From NCBI GenBank assembly GCA_030390025.1, contig CM059432.1, forward strand, positions 7,316,001 to 7,380,000: a DNA stretch of 64,000 nucleotides. Reading direction: 5' to 3'. The notes under the pieces were generated by a model. It was not told the origin of the DNA. It searched no databases and saw only the letters and a program-made list of their open reading frames with translations. This document shows, one piece after another, positions 37,090-50,113 of the stretch. The first letter of the stretch is position 1; the number at the start of each line of letters is the position of its first letter. This DNA is from Squalus acanthias (taxonomy: Eukaryota). Made by a program: the position numbers and the translations under genes.

Positions 37090-37968
37090 ATAGAATCTGC
37101 GAAAAGCATCTTTTTACTTAAAATCAGTGACATGAATCTTGTCATTCATGTGGAAATTACTTATGAAATAATACTGGGCGGCCTGCTGGTGGCGCTGTCC
37201 AGGGAGAGTATAAATACTCGGGCATCGGCCCAGCTTGCTCAGGACATTCTTTAACAGGAACTAGTGAAGGACACAACTAGATCTCCATGTTGAAAAACAG
37301 TTGATTAAAGCCTTGTTTAACACTTAGACTAAGTGCCTAGTACTTTTCTTACGTCAATCAGCAAGAGATTACAAGTAAGCATCTGATAGTTATGTAGCGT
37401 ATAATAATTCCCAATTATACTTCAGCATACACAGAGCTATCCCTTTACTTTAAGATCAAGCGATAATAAGTCAACTCTACATACATACTAACACCAGCGA
37501 GCAGTCAATCCAGCAGTGACTAGGCGTATGATATCTGGCAACTGACCAGGTCGCCCAACTGCAGCAGCCCCGAGTGTCTTAAAACAGCATCTCTTATACT
37601 CTAAAAACCTGAGCAGGTTCCTCATTGCGTGTGTGTCCCAAACTGTGTGACAAATGGTCGGCAGTTGTTTTCCTCTTCTTATCAGTGGGCCCCCCAGGCC
37701 GTTCACACCATTTGCCTGAAGATGTTCCTGTCTTTGTAACGCCCAACCGTTTGTTCCTGCTCAGGGTCTGTTTCTTCCTTATTTGATTAACAGCTTTCGT
37801 ACAAAGTTCCCACATGAACCAACCTCTCAGCCTCTCGAAGCATGCTGGTATATTAAATTTGGTCAACTTTTAAGCTTGGTCAAGTTATCGCAATTTCTTA
37901 CAGCAAATGGCTTATTCTTACAGCATGGAACAGTATTGATTTGGTTGATGACTGCAGAACAGGACTTA

Positions 37969-38422
37969 AAGAAAGACTTATATTTATATTTGTGCCTCAT
38001 GACGTCACAAAATGCTTTACAGCCAATGAAGTACTTTTGAAGTCTAGCCACTGTTGTAATGTAGGAAACGCAGCAGCCAACTAGCGCACAGCAAGCTCCC
38101 ACAAACAGCAATGTGATAATGACCAGAGAATCTGTTTTAGTGATGTTGATTGAGGGATAAATATTAGCCAGGGCAACGGGGATAACTCCCCTGCTCTTCT
38201 TCGAAATAGTGCCGTGCGATCTTTTGCATCCACCTGAGCAGGCAGACAGGCCCTAGATGTAATGCCTCATCCGAAAGACGGCACCTCCGACAGCGCAGCA
38301 CTCCCTCAGCACTGCACTGGAGCATCAGCCTAGATTTTTGTACTCAAGTCTCTTGGAGTGGGGACTATGAATTCACAACCGTCTGACTCAGAGATGAGAG
38401 TGCTGCCCACTGAGCCACGGCT
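37969..38422 (-). mobile_element. Deu-domain SINE
   Basis: Full-length homology. Confidence 0.85.
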
Positions 38423-38984
38423 GGGTAATGAAGACGCATTGGTCATCTAGCTTATAACTCCAGGGGTGATCGGCATGATTTCTGACCTTTGCAGTTTTGC
38501 TTAGTTGTATGGTTTAAAAAAAAAAACTTTTATCCTGATGACATGTCGCCTCTCTAAAATCCTGCAGCAATATTCTCATCACAGAAAGAGGCATAATATA
38601 AGAAAACAGTTGAATAATAAAGCCAGGGGTATCTGTCTGTATGTTTTCTACTCAGAACCCAATGCACGTACAGCGCAAAGCAGATGAGGCCAAAATTTAG
38701 TTATTGAAAAGTTCATTTGGGCCAGAGGAATTTGGACAAGAACTGTAAATAAATTGGATCCAAGGCGAGAAGACGTTGGAAGCAGGTCCCCGTTGTAAAC
38801 TCTGCCACCACCTGCCTGTCTTTCGCCACTGCAACAGCCAACAGGCCCAGCAATTTGGGGGCCTGAATTGTTTGACCCCAATGGCCTGTTTTCCAACCCC
38901 ACCCCCACCCTGAACAATTTTGTTTAAAAATTCCTGAGGATGTTCTTTTCAGTCTGAAATAAGTCACCAGTTTATACTTACAGA

Positions 38985-39404
38985 GAGCTGTTCTCCTTGG
39001 AGCAGAGAAGGCTCAGAGGAGATTTGTTAGAGGTTGTTTTAAAATCATGAAGGGTTTAGAGAGAGTAAATAAAGAGAAACTGTTTCCAGTGGCTGAAGGC
39101 TCGATGACCGGAGGGCGCAGATTTAAGGTGATTGGCAAAAGATTTGGAGGTGACATGAGGAAAAACTTTTTTACGCAACGAGTGTTTAGGATTTGGAATG
39201 CGCTGCTTGATAGGACGGTGGATACAGACTCTATAGTAGCCTTCGAAAGGGAATTGGATAAATACTTGAAGGAGAAAAAATTGCAGGGATATGGGGAAAG
39301 AGCGGGGGGAGTGGGACTAACTGGATTGCTCTTCGAAAGAGCCGGCACAGACTCAATGGGCCGAATGGCCTCCTTCTGTGCTGTACTATTCTGTGATTCT
39401 ATGA
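38985..39404 (+). mobile_element. CR1-type LINE 3' fragment
   Basis: ORF 39047-39436 MRKNFFTQRVFRIWNAL..RELDKYL. Confidence 0.88.
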
Positions 39405-39668
39405 TAATCTCACTCAATATGTCAGAAATGGAATAATTTATGGCTTGTTTCAATGAAGTCTGTATATTCATTTGTCATGTTAATTTATTTCCCCTTTTCA
39501 CGTACCTATCTTTGAATTTAGGTATTGTGGGCTGATATTTCATCATGCTTGGATGTTGTGATGTAAGATATATATCAGAACCCTGGCTTACAGCAGTGGA
39601 AGGTTCTGTGGGCCTCCTTAACATGCTGTTCATTCTGAAATCTTGCAAACTGCTGGAGTTGAGATATA

Positions 39669-40293
39669 GGCCCGGATTTTAAAGGGGGGGTGGGTGCGAT
39701 GTGAATCGCGCAAACCCCGAATCGGGTGGAGCAGCTGGAGGAGCCTTAAGGGCCGGGCCTCGGTTGAATAAATATTCCCGAGGTCCCGGCCTAACCCGAC
39801 CAGCTCCATTGCCTGGCTGACGGGCGGGAGCGGGAGTTTGACGGCAGGAGGCCGTCAGTTGAGGGGCTGGGGGGCTCTGGAGGTGATTGCGGGGGGGGGG
39901 TGGTGCCAAGGGCAAAGGAAGGCCCAAGGCTTCGGTGTGAGGCCTGGGGAAGCCCTCCTGCTCCTCCTGGCCCACAAGGAAACCAAAAATTAAATATTTA
40001 AAAAATTACCTGCTGGGCCTCTTCTGCCTCTCGATTCCCCTCCTCCCACATTCCTGGACAGGTTTGGCCTGATGGGGAACCATCACTGCTCCCCCAGCTC
40101 AGGCCTCCAACTAAAATTACAGATTATTGGTGCCGGACTTGATCTGCATATTTAAAGAGGGAACCCGTGTCCTGCTCGCCTGCTCAAGGGACAGGTTTTT
40201 ATCGGGACATGGCGGAAAGGCAGCGGGATCAGAGAGGGAAAGCGACCTGCCCCATTTTAACTGCTCCCCCCGGATCTGGTTAAAATCGGGCCC
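39669..40293. mobile_element. Harbinger-type MITE
   Basis: TIR GGCCCGGATTTTAA vs GGGCCCGATTTTAA; flanks ATA/ACA. Confidence 0.8.
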
Positions 40294-41197
40294 ACAGAAA
40301 CTACTCTTTACACAGCCAAGTGCAAGAGGAGCTCGTCCAGCATTGCCTCTAGTTTGGAGAAAACTTGCCAATAAAAGATTGCCAATAAAATACTGGCAAT
40401 GCCACACCTTGAATACCGCATCCAGTTCTGGTGACTGAGGAAAATTCAAGTCTTGGAAATGGTGCAAAGGAGGGTCAGAAAACTGAGCTATGAGGCTCGG
40501 TTAGAAAAACTCATACTTTTCACCAATAAAAGGTGAATGAGAGGGGACCTTGTAGAAGTTGCTAAAATACTTAAAGTGGAATAGAAAAGGAAAATTCATA
40601 ACGTCTTGGTTAAATGGATGCTGTAATTGAAAGTTGAGCTATGTAGCCAAATAGCTCCCTCATTTGTTCTTAGCATTGTGATGTCTAGGGCGCGACTGAT
40701 ATGAAAACAATTCTGATGTGGAATTAATACAGGTTTAATAATAATGATTATTATTCTGAGTACATCCTTAAACATTGGCCTTCTTTGGTACCAAAGGGAC
40801 CATTAGGATTAATACAGATTGACAGATCAGTGATTCTATGATTCTAGTGCCAGTTACACCATTACAGACTATGAGCAAGAAATTCATTATAGCCCAGGAA
40901 TGGGCGGTATAATTAGAAAAGTTGGAGAATTAGCGCCAGGCTTTAGACTGCACGCAAATTTCATGCTCACTGCTTGGGGCGCTAATTCAAGTCTTTAAGC
41001 CCAAGCTCATTGGTGTTACACTCAAAGGGTGGACCAATATCAAGTGCAGTCTAATCGCAAGTCATGATTGCCACAGGTTTTTTCCAGTACTGAAAGGGGA
41101 GGTTCATTGATGCTGCAGCACCTCATTCTCAGCATTGCTGGCTGTGCAGCTGCCTCAGCAAGCAGCAGCAGGTCAAGGAGAAGGAGCCGGAGGACTG

Positions 41198-43094
41198 ATG
41201 ATAGATCCACACCCCAGGGAGAGAGCCCGCAGATTCAGCGATCAAGCATTGGAGGCGTTGGTGTTCGCTGTGGAGAGACGGAGGGCGGTGCTCTACCCGG
41301 CAAGTAGCAGGAGGCCCTCGCCGCAAATCTTCTGCACCATGGGGAGGAAGGTAGTGCAGCACGTCTCAGGCAGCACTGTGGTCCCCAGGACCCCCACACA
41401 CAGTGCAGGAAGAAATTTAACAACCTCACTCGGGTGGTCAGGGTGAGTGAATGCTTCAACAAATGCTACATACCACCATCTGTACCACAATCTTCACACA
41501 CTGCCCAAAGCACCACATCCCCAGCACTCACTCACCAACAATCTTTATTTACTGACACTCACATCCACATCTCACACCGTGCACACAATGACAGCTATAC
41601 AACTATGGCAGGCACATCACCCAAACGCATTGCTCCACACTCACTCTCACACTTTCCTGTCTCTTGCAGGCCAAGGTGGCTCACAACAGGGGTGCACAGG
41701 CGGGGTACAAGCCGACACCCAACCACTCTCTGTGCTGGAGAATCGAGTACTGCAGATTATTGGGCGCAAGGTGGTGGGCGCCGTGGCCATTGGCGACATT
41801 GACCCCCTTGGGGACAATAATGGTATGTTCATCTCTATCCTTCTTCTCACATCCCATTTCCCCCTCACCCCACAAGCGTTTCACACTTTCCAGCTAATCA
41901 TGCTGTATGCATGCATTTCTCTCTTCCTGCCCCCCTCCCCTCACATTAACCCGACTCTTGTGCCTTTATGCTTTCAGATAATCAGCAAGCACCTGAGCAG
42001 CCTGTCCCTGAGGGCACTGTAGAGAGCGAGTCAGGAGAAGAGGAGGAGGAAGAACACACCGTGTCACTGCATGTCTCACCCGCAGGCACCAGCTCAGATA
42101 CTGGCACTATGTGTTCTTCAGAGGCTAGTATAGTAGCGGAATCTGCACAGGGTGAGGCACTGGGGACGAGTGGGCTGCAGCAAGGCCGGGGGAGAGGGTA
42201 GCTCGGGGGCCAGCTCCCCAGAGGGCGAGTTTGCGCGCGAGTTCTGCTGCACAGGACTCAGATGAGGACCTCGATGGGGAGGCGTTTAGGAGAAGGGTGA
42301 TGGGCATGCACACGGAGATGATAGGTGCAATGGCAAAGGTGCCCGAGAGCCTCTCGGCAATGGTAAGGAGCGTGGAGGAGTCCCCCTCCAACATTGCACA
42401 GAGCTCTGTGCACACCATAGAGCCCATCATTTCCAGTCTGCAAAGGATGGTAGACTCCCAGAGAGACTGTGGCGACCCAGACCTGATGCCGCGTGTGATG
42501 GGCGATCTGGCAGCTTCCATTGCAGCACAGGCAGAAGCGACGCATCGTCTTAGTGCTGTAATGCAGTCTATGCTTGGTGGCATCCAATCTCAGACTGCTC
42601 TCATGCAGTCTCAGCTTGATGCCACACAAGCTCTGACTGCTGCCATCATGGCTGGGTCTACCACCGTCGACCGGGGCTTTCACGGAGTCGCAGCAGGCCA
42701 GCAATCTGTGCTGCAACAGATTGCTAGGGATGCTGAGGTGCTGCCCCGGGGGAGTGGCAGTGGGTCAGTGGAGCAGGAACCTGCTGTCCTCTCTCAGGAT
42801 GACAGCATTCCTGCTCCCACCATTGCCACTCCGTCATTGCCCTTGTCACTGCCTGTCACCCAGCCAGCCCAGACTGCTGCCGCCCATGCTGAGGTGCTGC
42901 AGTCTACAGCCGGGCCTTCCAGGCCCAGAGCTGGTCGAGGGCATCCTGCAAGGCCATCTGAAGTCTCCCACACCGACACACAGCAGCCTTCCACCAGCCT
43001 TGCTGCAGCCACTGGGCCAATACTTCGTAGGAGCACTAGAGTAGGCAAAGGCACTGTAACGAGAGGCACTAAGGGATTGCACAAGGGTGAATAG
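41198..43094 (+). pseudogene. Harbinger Myb/SANT-like protein, spliced (exons 41198-41442, 41670-41822, 41978-43094), with frameshifts
   Basis: RERARRFSDQALEALVFAVERRRAVLYP..RTP(T)QCRKKFNNLTRVVR|GTGAGT; TTGCAG|AKVAHNR; GTATGT donor; TTTCAG acceptor; same intron layout as 16444-18318. Confidence 0.83.
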
Positions 43095-43259
43095 TTCATA
43101 TTTTTGTTGTAAATATATGTTCACTGATTTTTGATAAATTTATTAATTCAGTCTGGTTTCTTTTGTGCTGTGTCTCATTTCAGCTGAGTGCTGTGATATG
43201 GCCTGTGACAGGGATGGAATGATGGGGATGTGATGAGCATCGGGGATCTGGGGTTTAAT

Positions 43260-44452
43260 TCATTCGAACCGCAATCTGATGAGGCAATCACGGACCGCCC
43301 TTCCGGAAGGCCGATTGAGTGCCTGACTCTTCCCTCGCTCCTGTTCCTCCTCCTCCTCCTCGTCCTCCTCGTCCTCCTCTCCCTCTTCGTCATCCTCCTC
43401 CTCCTCTTCCTCCTCCTGAGGTGGTCCCGCAATCCCTGGTGGCAAGGGCTGGGCCCTCATGATGGCCAAGTTGTGGAGAATGCAGCAGACCACCATGAAA
43501 TGGGACACCCGCTCAGCCGAGTACTGGAGGGCTCCTCCCGAGCAGTCAAGGCAGCGGAACCGTTGCTTGAGCCCCCCGATGGTCTGCTCAATGATGTTCC
43601 TGATGGCAGCATGGCTCTCATTATATGAGTGCTGGGCAGGAGTGTTGGGGTTGTGGAGGGGAGTCATGAGCCAGGTGGAGAGCGGATACCCCTTGTCTCT
43701 GAGCAGCCACCGCAAGCTTGACGTGGTGGCTGGAAAAGTGCTGGCACACCGGTCTGGCGCAGGATGAAGGCATCGTGGCTGCTGCCAGGATAGCGGGCAT
43801 TCACATTGAGGATTTGCTGTGTGTGGTCGCACACCAGCTGCACATTAAGTGAGCGGTAGCCTTTGTGGTTATGGAAGATCTCATGATTGTTATGAGGTGC
43901 CTGCAATGCCACGTGGGTGCAGTCAATGGCGCCCTGCACCATGGGGAATCCCGCTATCCTGGCAAAGCCACATGCACACTCATCCTGCTTCTTTCTGGTG
44001 ATGGGGAAGGAAATGTAATCCCTTCTTTTACTGTAGAGAGCTGCTGTGACCTCCCGGATGCAGCAATGGATGGCGAGTTGCGCGATGTTAGCTATGCCTC
44101 CTGTTGCAGACTGGAAGGATCTGCTGGCGAGGAAATTGAGGGCAACGGTGACCTTGACTGCCACTGGGAGAGCCGTGGTCGCCCTGGTCTGAGGCTGGAG
44201 GTCTGGTTGCTGGAGGTGGCAGAGTTCTGTAACCACCTCCTTGGTGAAGCGGAGCCTTCTAATACACTGCTCCTCGCTTAATTGGAGGTAGGAGAAGTGC
44301 TCTCGGAATACCCTCGGAGGATAAGGCCTCCTGTTGTGACTCATGATGGCCCTCCTCCTCCCTCTGGCCACATGTTCCAGTCTTTCTCGCTGCCTCCGCT
44401 CCCTCCACCGTAGATCCTGGAGGGCCAGGTCAACTGCCAGTACAGCCCCCAT
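43260..44452 (-). pseudogene. Harbinger DDE transposase (HARBI1-like), one frameshift near 43715
   Basis: [75 protein letters not shown], acidic tail. Confidence 0.92.
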
Positions 44453-44820
44453 TAATGTAACCAAGTGTAGTAGTTTGATTTTTTTAAGAATAAATGTAGC
44501 TACTTTTTAGTTGCCACAACACTCCTGATATGAAATAACCTTGAAATTACAGAATGACTATGTGAAACTGACAAGAAAGCACTGAAACTCCACTATCCTA
44601 CAGCTGCGACTCATTACTGATGAATTCTTTAAATAACGTCCCTGGAGCCGGCTTTCTGTTGCTTAACACCAGCTCTCCCTGTTGTTGTTTCCTTTAGGTG
44701 CTAAGGTAGGTGGCGACACTCAATTTCGCAGATCGGGTGGCCGATGAGCATTGCACACTCACTGATGTCATGAGCCACCTGGCGTTGAGGCTCCCGGCGA
44801 TAATTGTTAGCGACGGCATT

Positions 44821-45347
44821 GTGGGGGGGGGGGGCGAGGGGGGCGGGGGGGGGGGCGAGGGGGCGCGAGGGGGCGGGGGGGGGGTGAGGGGGCGGGGGGG
44901 GCGAGGGGGGTGGGGGGGGCGAGGGGGGGGGGTGAGGGGGCGGGGGGTGGGCGCGGGGGTGCGGGGGGGGCGAGTGGGGGTGCGGGGGGGTGGTGAGGGG
45001 GTGCGGGGCGGGAGGAGGGGGTGGTGAGGGGGTGCGGGGGGGGAGAGGGGGTGCGGGGGTGTGTGGGGGGGGCGAGGGGGTGCGGGGCGGGAGGAGGGGG
45101 TGCGGGGGGGTGGTGAGGGGGTGCGGGGGGGGCAAGGGGGTGCGGGGGTGTGTGGGGGGTCGAGGGGGTGCGGGGCGGGAGGAGGGGGTGCGGGGCGGGA
45201 GGAGGGGGTGCGGGGGGGGGCGCGTGGGGGAGCGAGGGGGTGAGGGGGTGCGTGGGGGAGCGAGGGGGTGCGGGGGGGGGCGAGGAGGTGCGTGGGGGAG
45301 CGAGGGGGTGCGGGGGGGGTAGGGGGTTGCAGGGGGGGGTGGTGGGG
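44821..45347. repeat. G-rich low-complexity tandem tract ((GAGGGGGTGCGGGG)n-like)
   Basis: About 525 bp of near-pure G runs. Confidence 0.9.
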
Positions 45348-45458
45348 ATTTGGCGTGCGGCGTTGGATTCGCCTCTCCCCGGTGATAATGCTCTAGCGCC
45401 CCGTTATTGCCATCTGCTGACGCTAATGGGAGGCGCTAAGGTGCCGAATTTTTCCGCC

Positions 45459-46271
45459 ATTGTCTTTAGTCCCCGCCACAAACTCCGGTCCCTCGCCACC
45501 AACTCCATCCATCTCCCTGGCCACTGTCTGAGGCTGAACCAGACGGTTTGCAACCTTTGTGTCCTATTTGACCTTGAGCTGAGCTTCCGTGCCCACATCC
45601 TCTCCATCACCAAGACCGCCTACTTCCGCCTCCGTTCCATTGCCAGTCTCCCCCCCTGCCTCAGCTCATCTGCTGCTGAAACCCTCATCCATGCCTTTGT
45701 CACTTCTAGGCTCGACCATTCCAACACTCTCACGGCCGGCCTCCCACCTACCACCCTCTGTAAACTTGAGCTCATCCAAAACTCTGCTGCCCGTATCCTA
45801 ACTCGTACCAAGTCACTTTCACCCATCACCCCTGTGCTGGCTGATCTACATTGGCTCCCTGTCCGGTTATGCCTCAATTTTAAAATTCTCATCCTTGTTT
45901 TCAAATCCCTCCAAGGGCTTGCCCCCTTACTATCTCTGTAATCTCCTCCAGCCCTACAACCCTCCGAGATCTCTGTGCTTCTCCAATTCTGGCCACTTGC
46001 GCATCGCTGATTTTCATCGCTCCACCATTGGCAGCCGTGCGTTCAGCTGCCGAGGCCCTAAGCTCTGGAGTTCCCTCCTTAAACCTCTCCGCCTCACTAC
46101 CTCTCTCTCTCCTCCTTTAAGATGCTCCTTAAAACCTACCTCTTTGACCAACCTGTTCTAATATCTCCTTTTGTGGCTAGGTGTCAAATTTAGCTTGCTA
46201 ATCGCTGCAGTGAAGCGCCTTGGGATGTTCTACTCCCTTAAAGGAGCTATATAAATGCAAGTTGTTGTTGT
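45459..46271 (+). mobile_element. L2-type LINE 3' fragment
   Basis: IVFSPRHKLRSL..SRLDHSN..LHWLPV; (TTG)n tail. Confidence 0.9.
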
Positions 46272-46307
46272 CAACACTTCAATCCCAAGACTCCTTTTCC
46301 AATCTCT

Positions 46308-49300
46308 AAAACATAGAAACATAGAAACATAGAAAATAGGTACAGGAGTAGACCATTCGGTCCTTCGAGCCTGCACCGCCATTCAATGCGTTCATGGCTG
46401 AACATGCTACCTCAGTACCCCATTCCTGCTTTCTCGCCATACCCCTTGATCCCCCTAGTTGTGAGTCTTATATCTAACTCCCTTTTGAATATATTTAGCG
46501 AACTGGCCTCAACAACCTTCTGTGGAAGAGAATTCCATAGATTCACCACTCTCTGGGTGAAGAAGTTCCTCCTCAGCTCAGTCTTAAATGGCTTCCCCTT
46601 AATCCTTAGACTGTGACCCCTGGTTCTAGTTTTCCCTAACATTGGGAACATTCTGCCCGCATCTAATTTGTCTAAACCAGTCAGGATTTTAAATGTCTCT
46701 ATAAGATCCCCCCTCATTCTTCTGAACTCCAGAGGATACAAGTTCAGTTGACCCAATCTTTCTTGATATGTCAGTCCGGCCATCCCAGGAATCAATCTAG
46801 TGAACCTTCGCTGCACTCCCTCAATAGCAAGAATGTCCTTCCTTAAGTTAGGAGACCAAAACTGCGCACAATACTCCAGGTGTGGCCTCACCAAGGCCCT
46901 GTACAACTGCAGCATCACCTCCCTACTCCTGTACTCAAATCCCCTTACTATGAAGGCCATCATTCCGTTTGCTTTCTTGACTGCCTGCTGCACTTGCATT
47001 CCCACCTTCAGTGACTGATGTACCATGACGCCCAGGTCTCGTTGCACCTCCCCTTTCCCTAATCTGCTACCATTCAGGTAATAGTCCGCCTCTCTATTTT
47101 TACCACCAAAGTGGATAACCTCACATTTATCCACATTGTACTTCATCTGCCATACATTTGCCCATTCACCCAACCTGTCCAAGTCACTCTGTAGCCTCCT
47201 AGCATCCTCCTCATTGTTCACACTGCCTCCCAATTTAGTGTCATCCGCAAATTTGGAGATATTACATTTAATCCCTTCGTCCAAATCATTAATATATAAT
47301 GTAAACAGCTGGGGTCCCAGCACCGAACCCTGCGGTACCCCGCTGGTCACTGCCTGCCATTCTGAAAAGTACCCATTTACTCCTACTCTTTGTTTCCTGT
47401 GTGCCAACCAGTTCTCAATCCATGTCAACACATTACCCCCAATCCCATGTGCTTTAACTTTGCTCACCAATCTCTTGTGTGGAACCTTGTCGAAGGCCTT
47501 CTGAAAGTCCAAACACACCACATCTACTGGTTCCCCCCTGTCCACCCTATTGGAAACATCCTCAAAAAATTCCAGAAGATTTGTCAAGCATGATTTCCCT
47601 TTCACAAATCCATGCTGACTTGGACCTATCATGTCGCCACTTTCCAAATGGTCTGTTATGACATCTTTAATAATTGCTTCCATCATTTTACCCACGACCG
47701 ATGTCAGGCTGACTGGTCTATAATTCCCTGCTTTCTCCCTCCCTCCTTTTTTAAAAAGAGGGGTTACATTGGCCACCCTCCACTCCATCGGAACTGATCC
47801 AGAGTCTAAGGAATGTTGGAAAATGATCGTCAATGCATCCACTATTTCCAAGGCCACCTCCTTAAGTACTCTGGGATGCAGACCATCAGGCCCCGGGGAT
47901 TTTTCAGCCTTCAGTCCCATCAATTTCCCCAATACCTTTTCCCGACTAATAAGGATTTCCCTCAGCTCCTCCCTCTTACCAGATCCTCTGACCCTCTTTT
48001 ATTTCTGGCAGGTTGTGTGTGTCCTCCACAGTAAACACCGAACCAAAGTACTTGTTCAATTGATCTGCCATTTCCTTGTTCCCCATTACGACTTCCCCTG
48101 TTTCCGACTGCAGGGGACCTACGTTTGTTTTTACTAACCTCTTTCTTTTTACATATTTATAGAAGCTTCTGCAGTCCATTTTAATGTTCTCTGCAAGCTT
48201 CCTTTCATATTTTATTTTCCCTGCCCTAATCAAACCCTTCGTCCTCCTCTGCTGAGTTTTGAAGTTCTCCCAGTCCCCGGGTTTGCTGCTACTTCTGGTC
48301 AATTTGTATGCAACTTCCTTGGTTTTAATACTATCCCTGATTTCCCTTGTTAGCCATGGTTGAGCCACCTTCCCTTTTTTATTTTTACGCCAGACCGGGA
48401 TGTACAATTGTTGTAGTTCATCCATGCGATCTCTAAATGTCTGCCATTGCCCTTCCACTGATAGCCCCTTAAATATCGCTTGCCAATTTAACCTCGCCAA
48501 TTCACGCCTCATACCCTCAAAGTTGCCCTTATTTAAGTTCTGGACCATGGTCTCTGACTTAACTGTTTCCTTCTCCATCCTAATGTAGAACTCCACCATA
48601 CTATGGTCACTCTTCCCCAGGGGGCCTCGTACCACAAGATTGCTGATTAGTCCTTCCTCATTACACAATACCCAGTCCAGGATGGCCTCCTCTCGAGTTG
48701 GTTCCTCAACATATTGGTTTAGGAAACCATCCCTTAAACACTCCAGGAAATCCTCCTCCACCGTATTGCTTCCAGTTTGAGTAGCCCAGTCTATATGCAT
48801 ATTAAAGTCACCCATGATAACTGCCGTGCCTTTTTTGCACGCACCTCTGATTTCCTGTTTCATACAATCCCCCACCTCACTACTGCTGTTTGGAGGTCTG
48901 TACACAACTCCCACTAACGTTTTCTGCCCTTTGGTGTTCTGCAGCTCAACCCATATTGATTCCACATCCTCCAAGCTGATGTCCTTCCTAGCTATTGCAT
49001 TAATCTCCTCTTTAACCAGCAATGCTACCCCACCCCCTTTTCCTTTTATTCTATCCTTTCTGAATGTTGAATACCCCTGGATGTTCAGTTCCCAGCCTTG
49101 ATTGTTCTGGAGCCACGTCTCTGTAATCCCAATCACATCGTATCCGTTAACATCTATTTGCACAGTCAATTCATCCACCTTATTACGGATACTCCTTGCA
49201 TTAAGACACAGACCCTTTAGGCTTGTTTTATTAACATCCTTTGTCCTTTTAGACTTATGATTTAGTATGGCCCTTTGTGTTTCTTGCCTTTGTTTACTCG

Positions 49301-49406
49301 ACCTTCCCCTATTGTTTCTCACCCTTCTAACATTTGTTTCTGACTGCATATTACTTCCCCCTGTTTCGCTACATAGGTTCCCCTTCCCCTGCCATATTAG
49401 TTTAAA
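46308..49406 (-). mobile_element. CR1/HER1-type LINE, complete ORF2 region, 5'-truncated at the ORF1/ORF2 boundary
   Basis: (TTCTATGT)n tail; APE and RT ORFs; inserted in an old L2 (46272-46307 continues at 49407-49990), possible TSD AAACAT. Confidence 0.95.
46412..49352 (-). pseudogene. CR1 ORF2 (AP endonuclease + reverse transcriptase), single frameshift near 47990
   Basis: CLNARSI, IGITETW, VYRPP, MGDFN, ILDWVL, GKSDH; NYRPVSLTS, QHGF, DFQKAFDKV, GVPQGSVLGP, KFADD. Confidence 0.93.
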
Positions 49407-49995
49407 CATTGCCAGCCTCTGGCCCCACCTCTCTTGTTCTGCTGCTGAAACCCCAATCTACACCTTTATTATCTTGAGACGATGTTTTTTCAGTGCTGCC
49501 ATGTTGTCCTCTCCGCTTGCAACTTCCATAAACTACAACTCTTACAGAATGTCTTTTGTCTCCTGCATACCTGACTGCCCCACATCACCCCCATCTTTGC
49601 CAAACTCCACTGGCTCTCTCTACCCCTTTAAATTGACTTTGATATCTTCACCCTCACTTCCAAATCCCTCCAGGGCTTCGACCCACCTTACTTAAGCAAT
49701 CTTTCCACCAATAAGTCCCAGTGCTCAATCTTCCGCTCCCCTGACACCATCTTACACCGTTTCACTCCTCTCTCTGCACCACCATCAGCATCAACTCCTT
49801 CAGATAACATACTTACCCTCTCAAAAAAAAAACTCCCTCTCTGGATACCATCTTTTCACCTCCTTTCCTGTTTCCGAAGCCTCCTAAAGGCCCTTTTCCT
49901 CAGCTGTGTTTTCACCATCCCTCTCTGCTCTTCTCTCCCTCTCACTCTATCTTGTCAATCACTCTGTAAAGCGCTCTGAGACATCTCTATAGAAA
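49407..49995 (+). mobile_element. Highly diverged L2 fragment
   Basis: NIASLWPHLSCSAAETPIYTF; CTCCACTGGCTC (LHWL); GTAAAGCGCTCTGAGAC tail. Confidence 0.7.
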
Positions 49996-50113
49996 TATAA
50001 AATAAAAACAGAAAATTCTAAAAAAAAAACACTCATCAGGTCAGGCAGCATCTGTGGAGAGAGAAAAAAACAAGAGTTAACGTTTCAGGTCGGTGACCTC
50101 TCGTCAGAAATGG
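49996..50113 (-). mobile_element. Penelope family A 3' terminus with hammerhead motif (50075-50111)
   Basis: Minus strand ATTT-CTGACGA-G-AGGTC(ACC)GACCT-GAAA-CG-T-T-AACT. Confidence 0.8.

Larger units (their letters stand above)
40873..45458. mobile_element. Near-complete PIF/Harbinger transposon with two convergent genes
   Basis: Right end GAATTTTTCCGCC; left end GAGCAAGAAATTC (degenerate, less certain); TAGCGCC/GGCGCTA motifs at both ends; Myb gene on +, DDE transposase on -. Confidence 0.85.

Noticed and set aside
43260..44452. Domesticated host HARBI1 gene
   Set aside because: Frameshifted, paired with a Myb gene and bounded by TIR-like ends, so a transposon copy
45150..45941. 263-aa ORF with a Gly/Arg-rich N-terminus
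   Set aside because: Chance read-through from the G-rich tract into an L2 fragment
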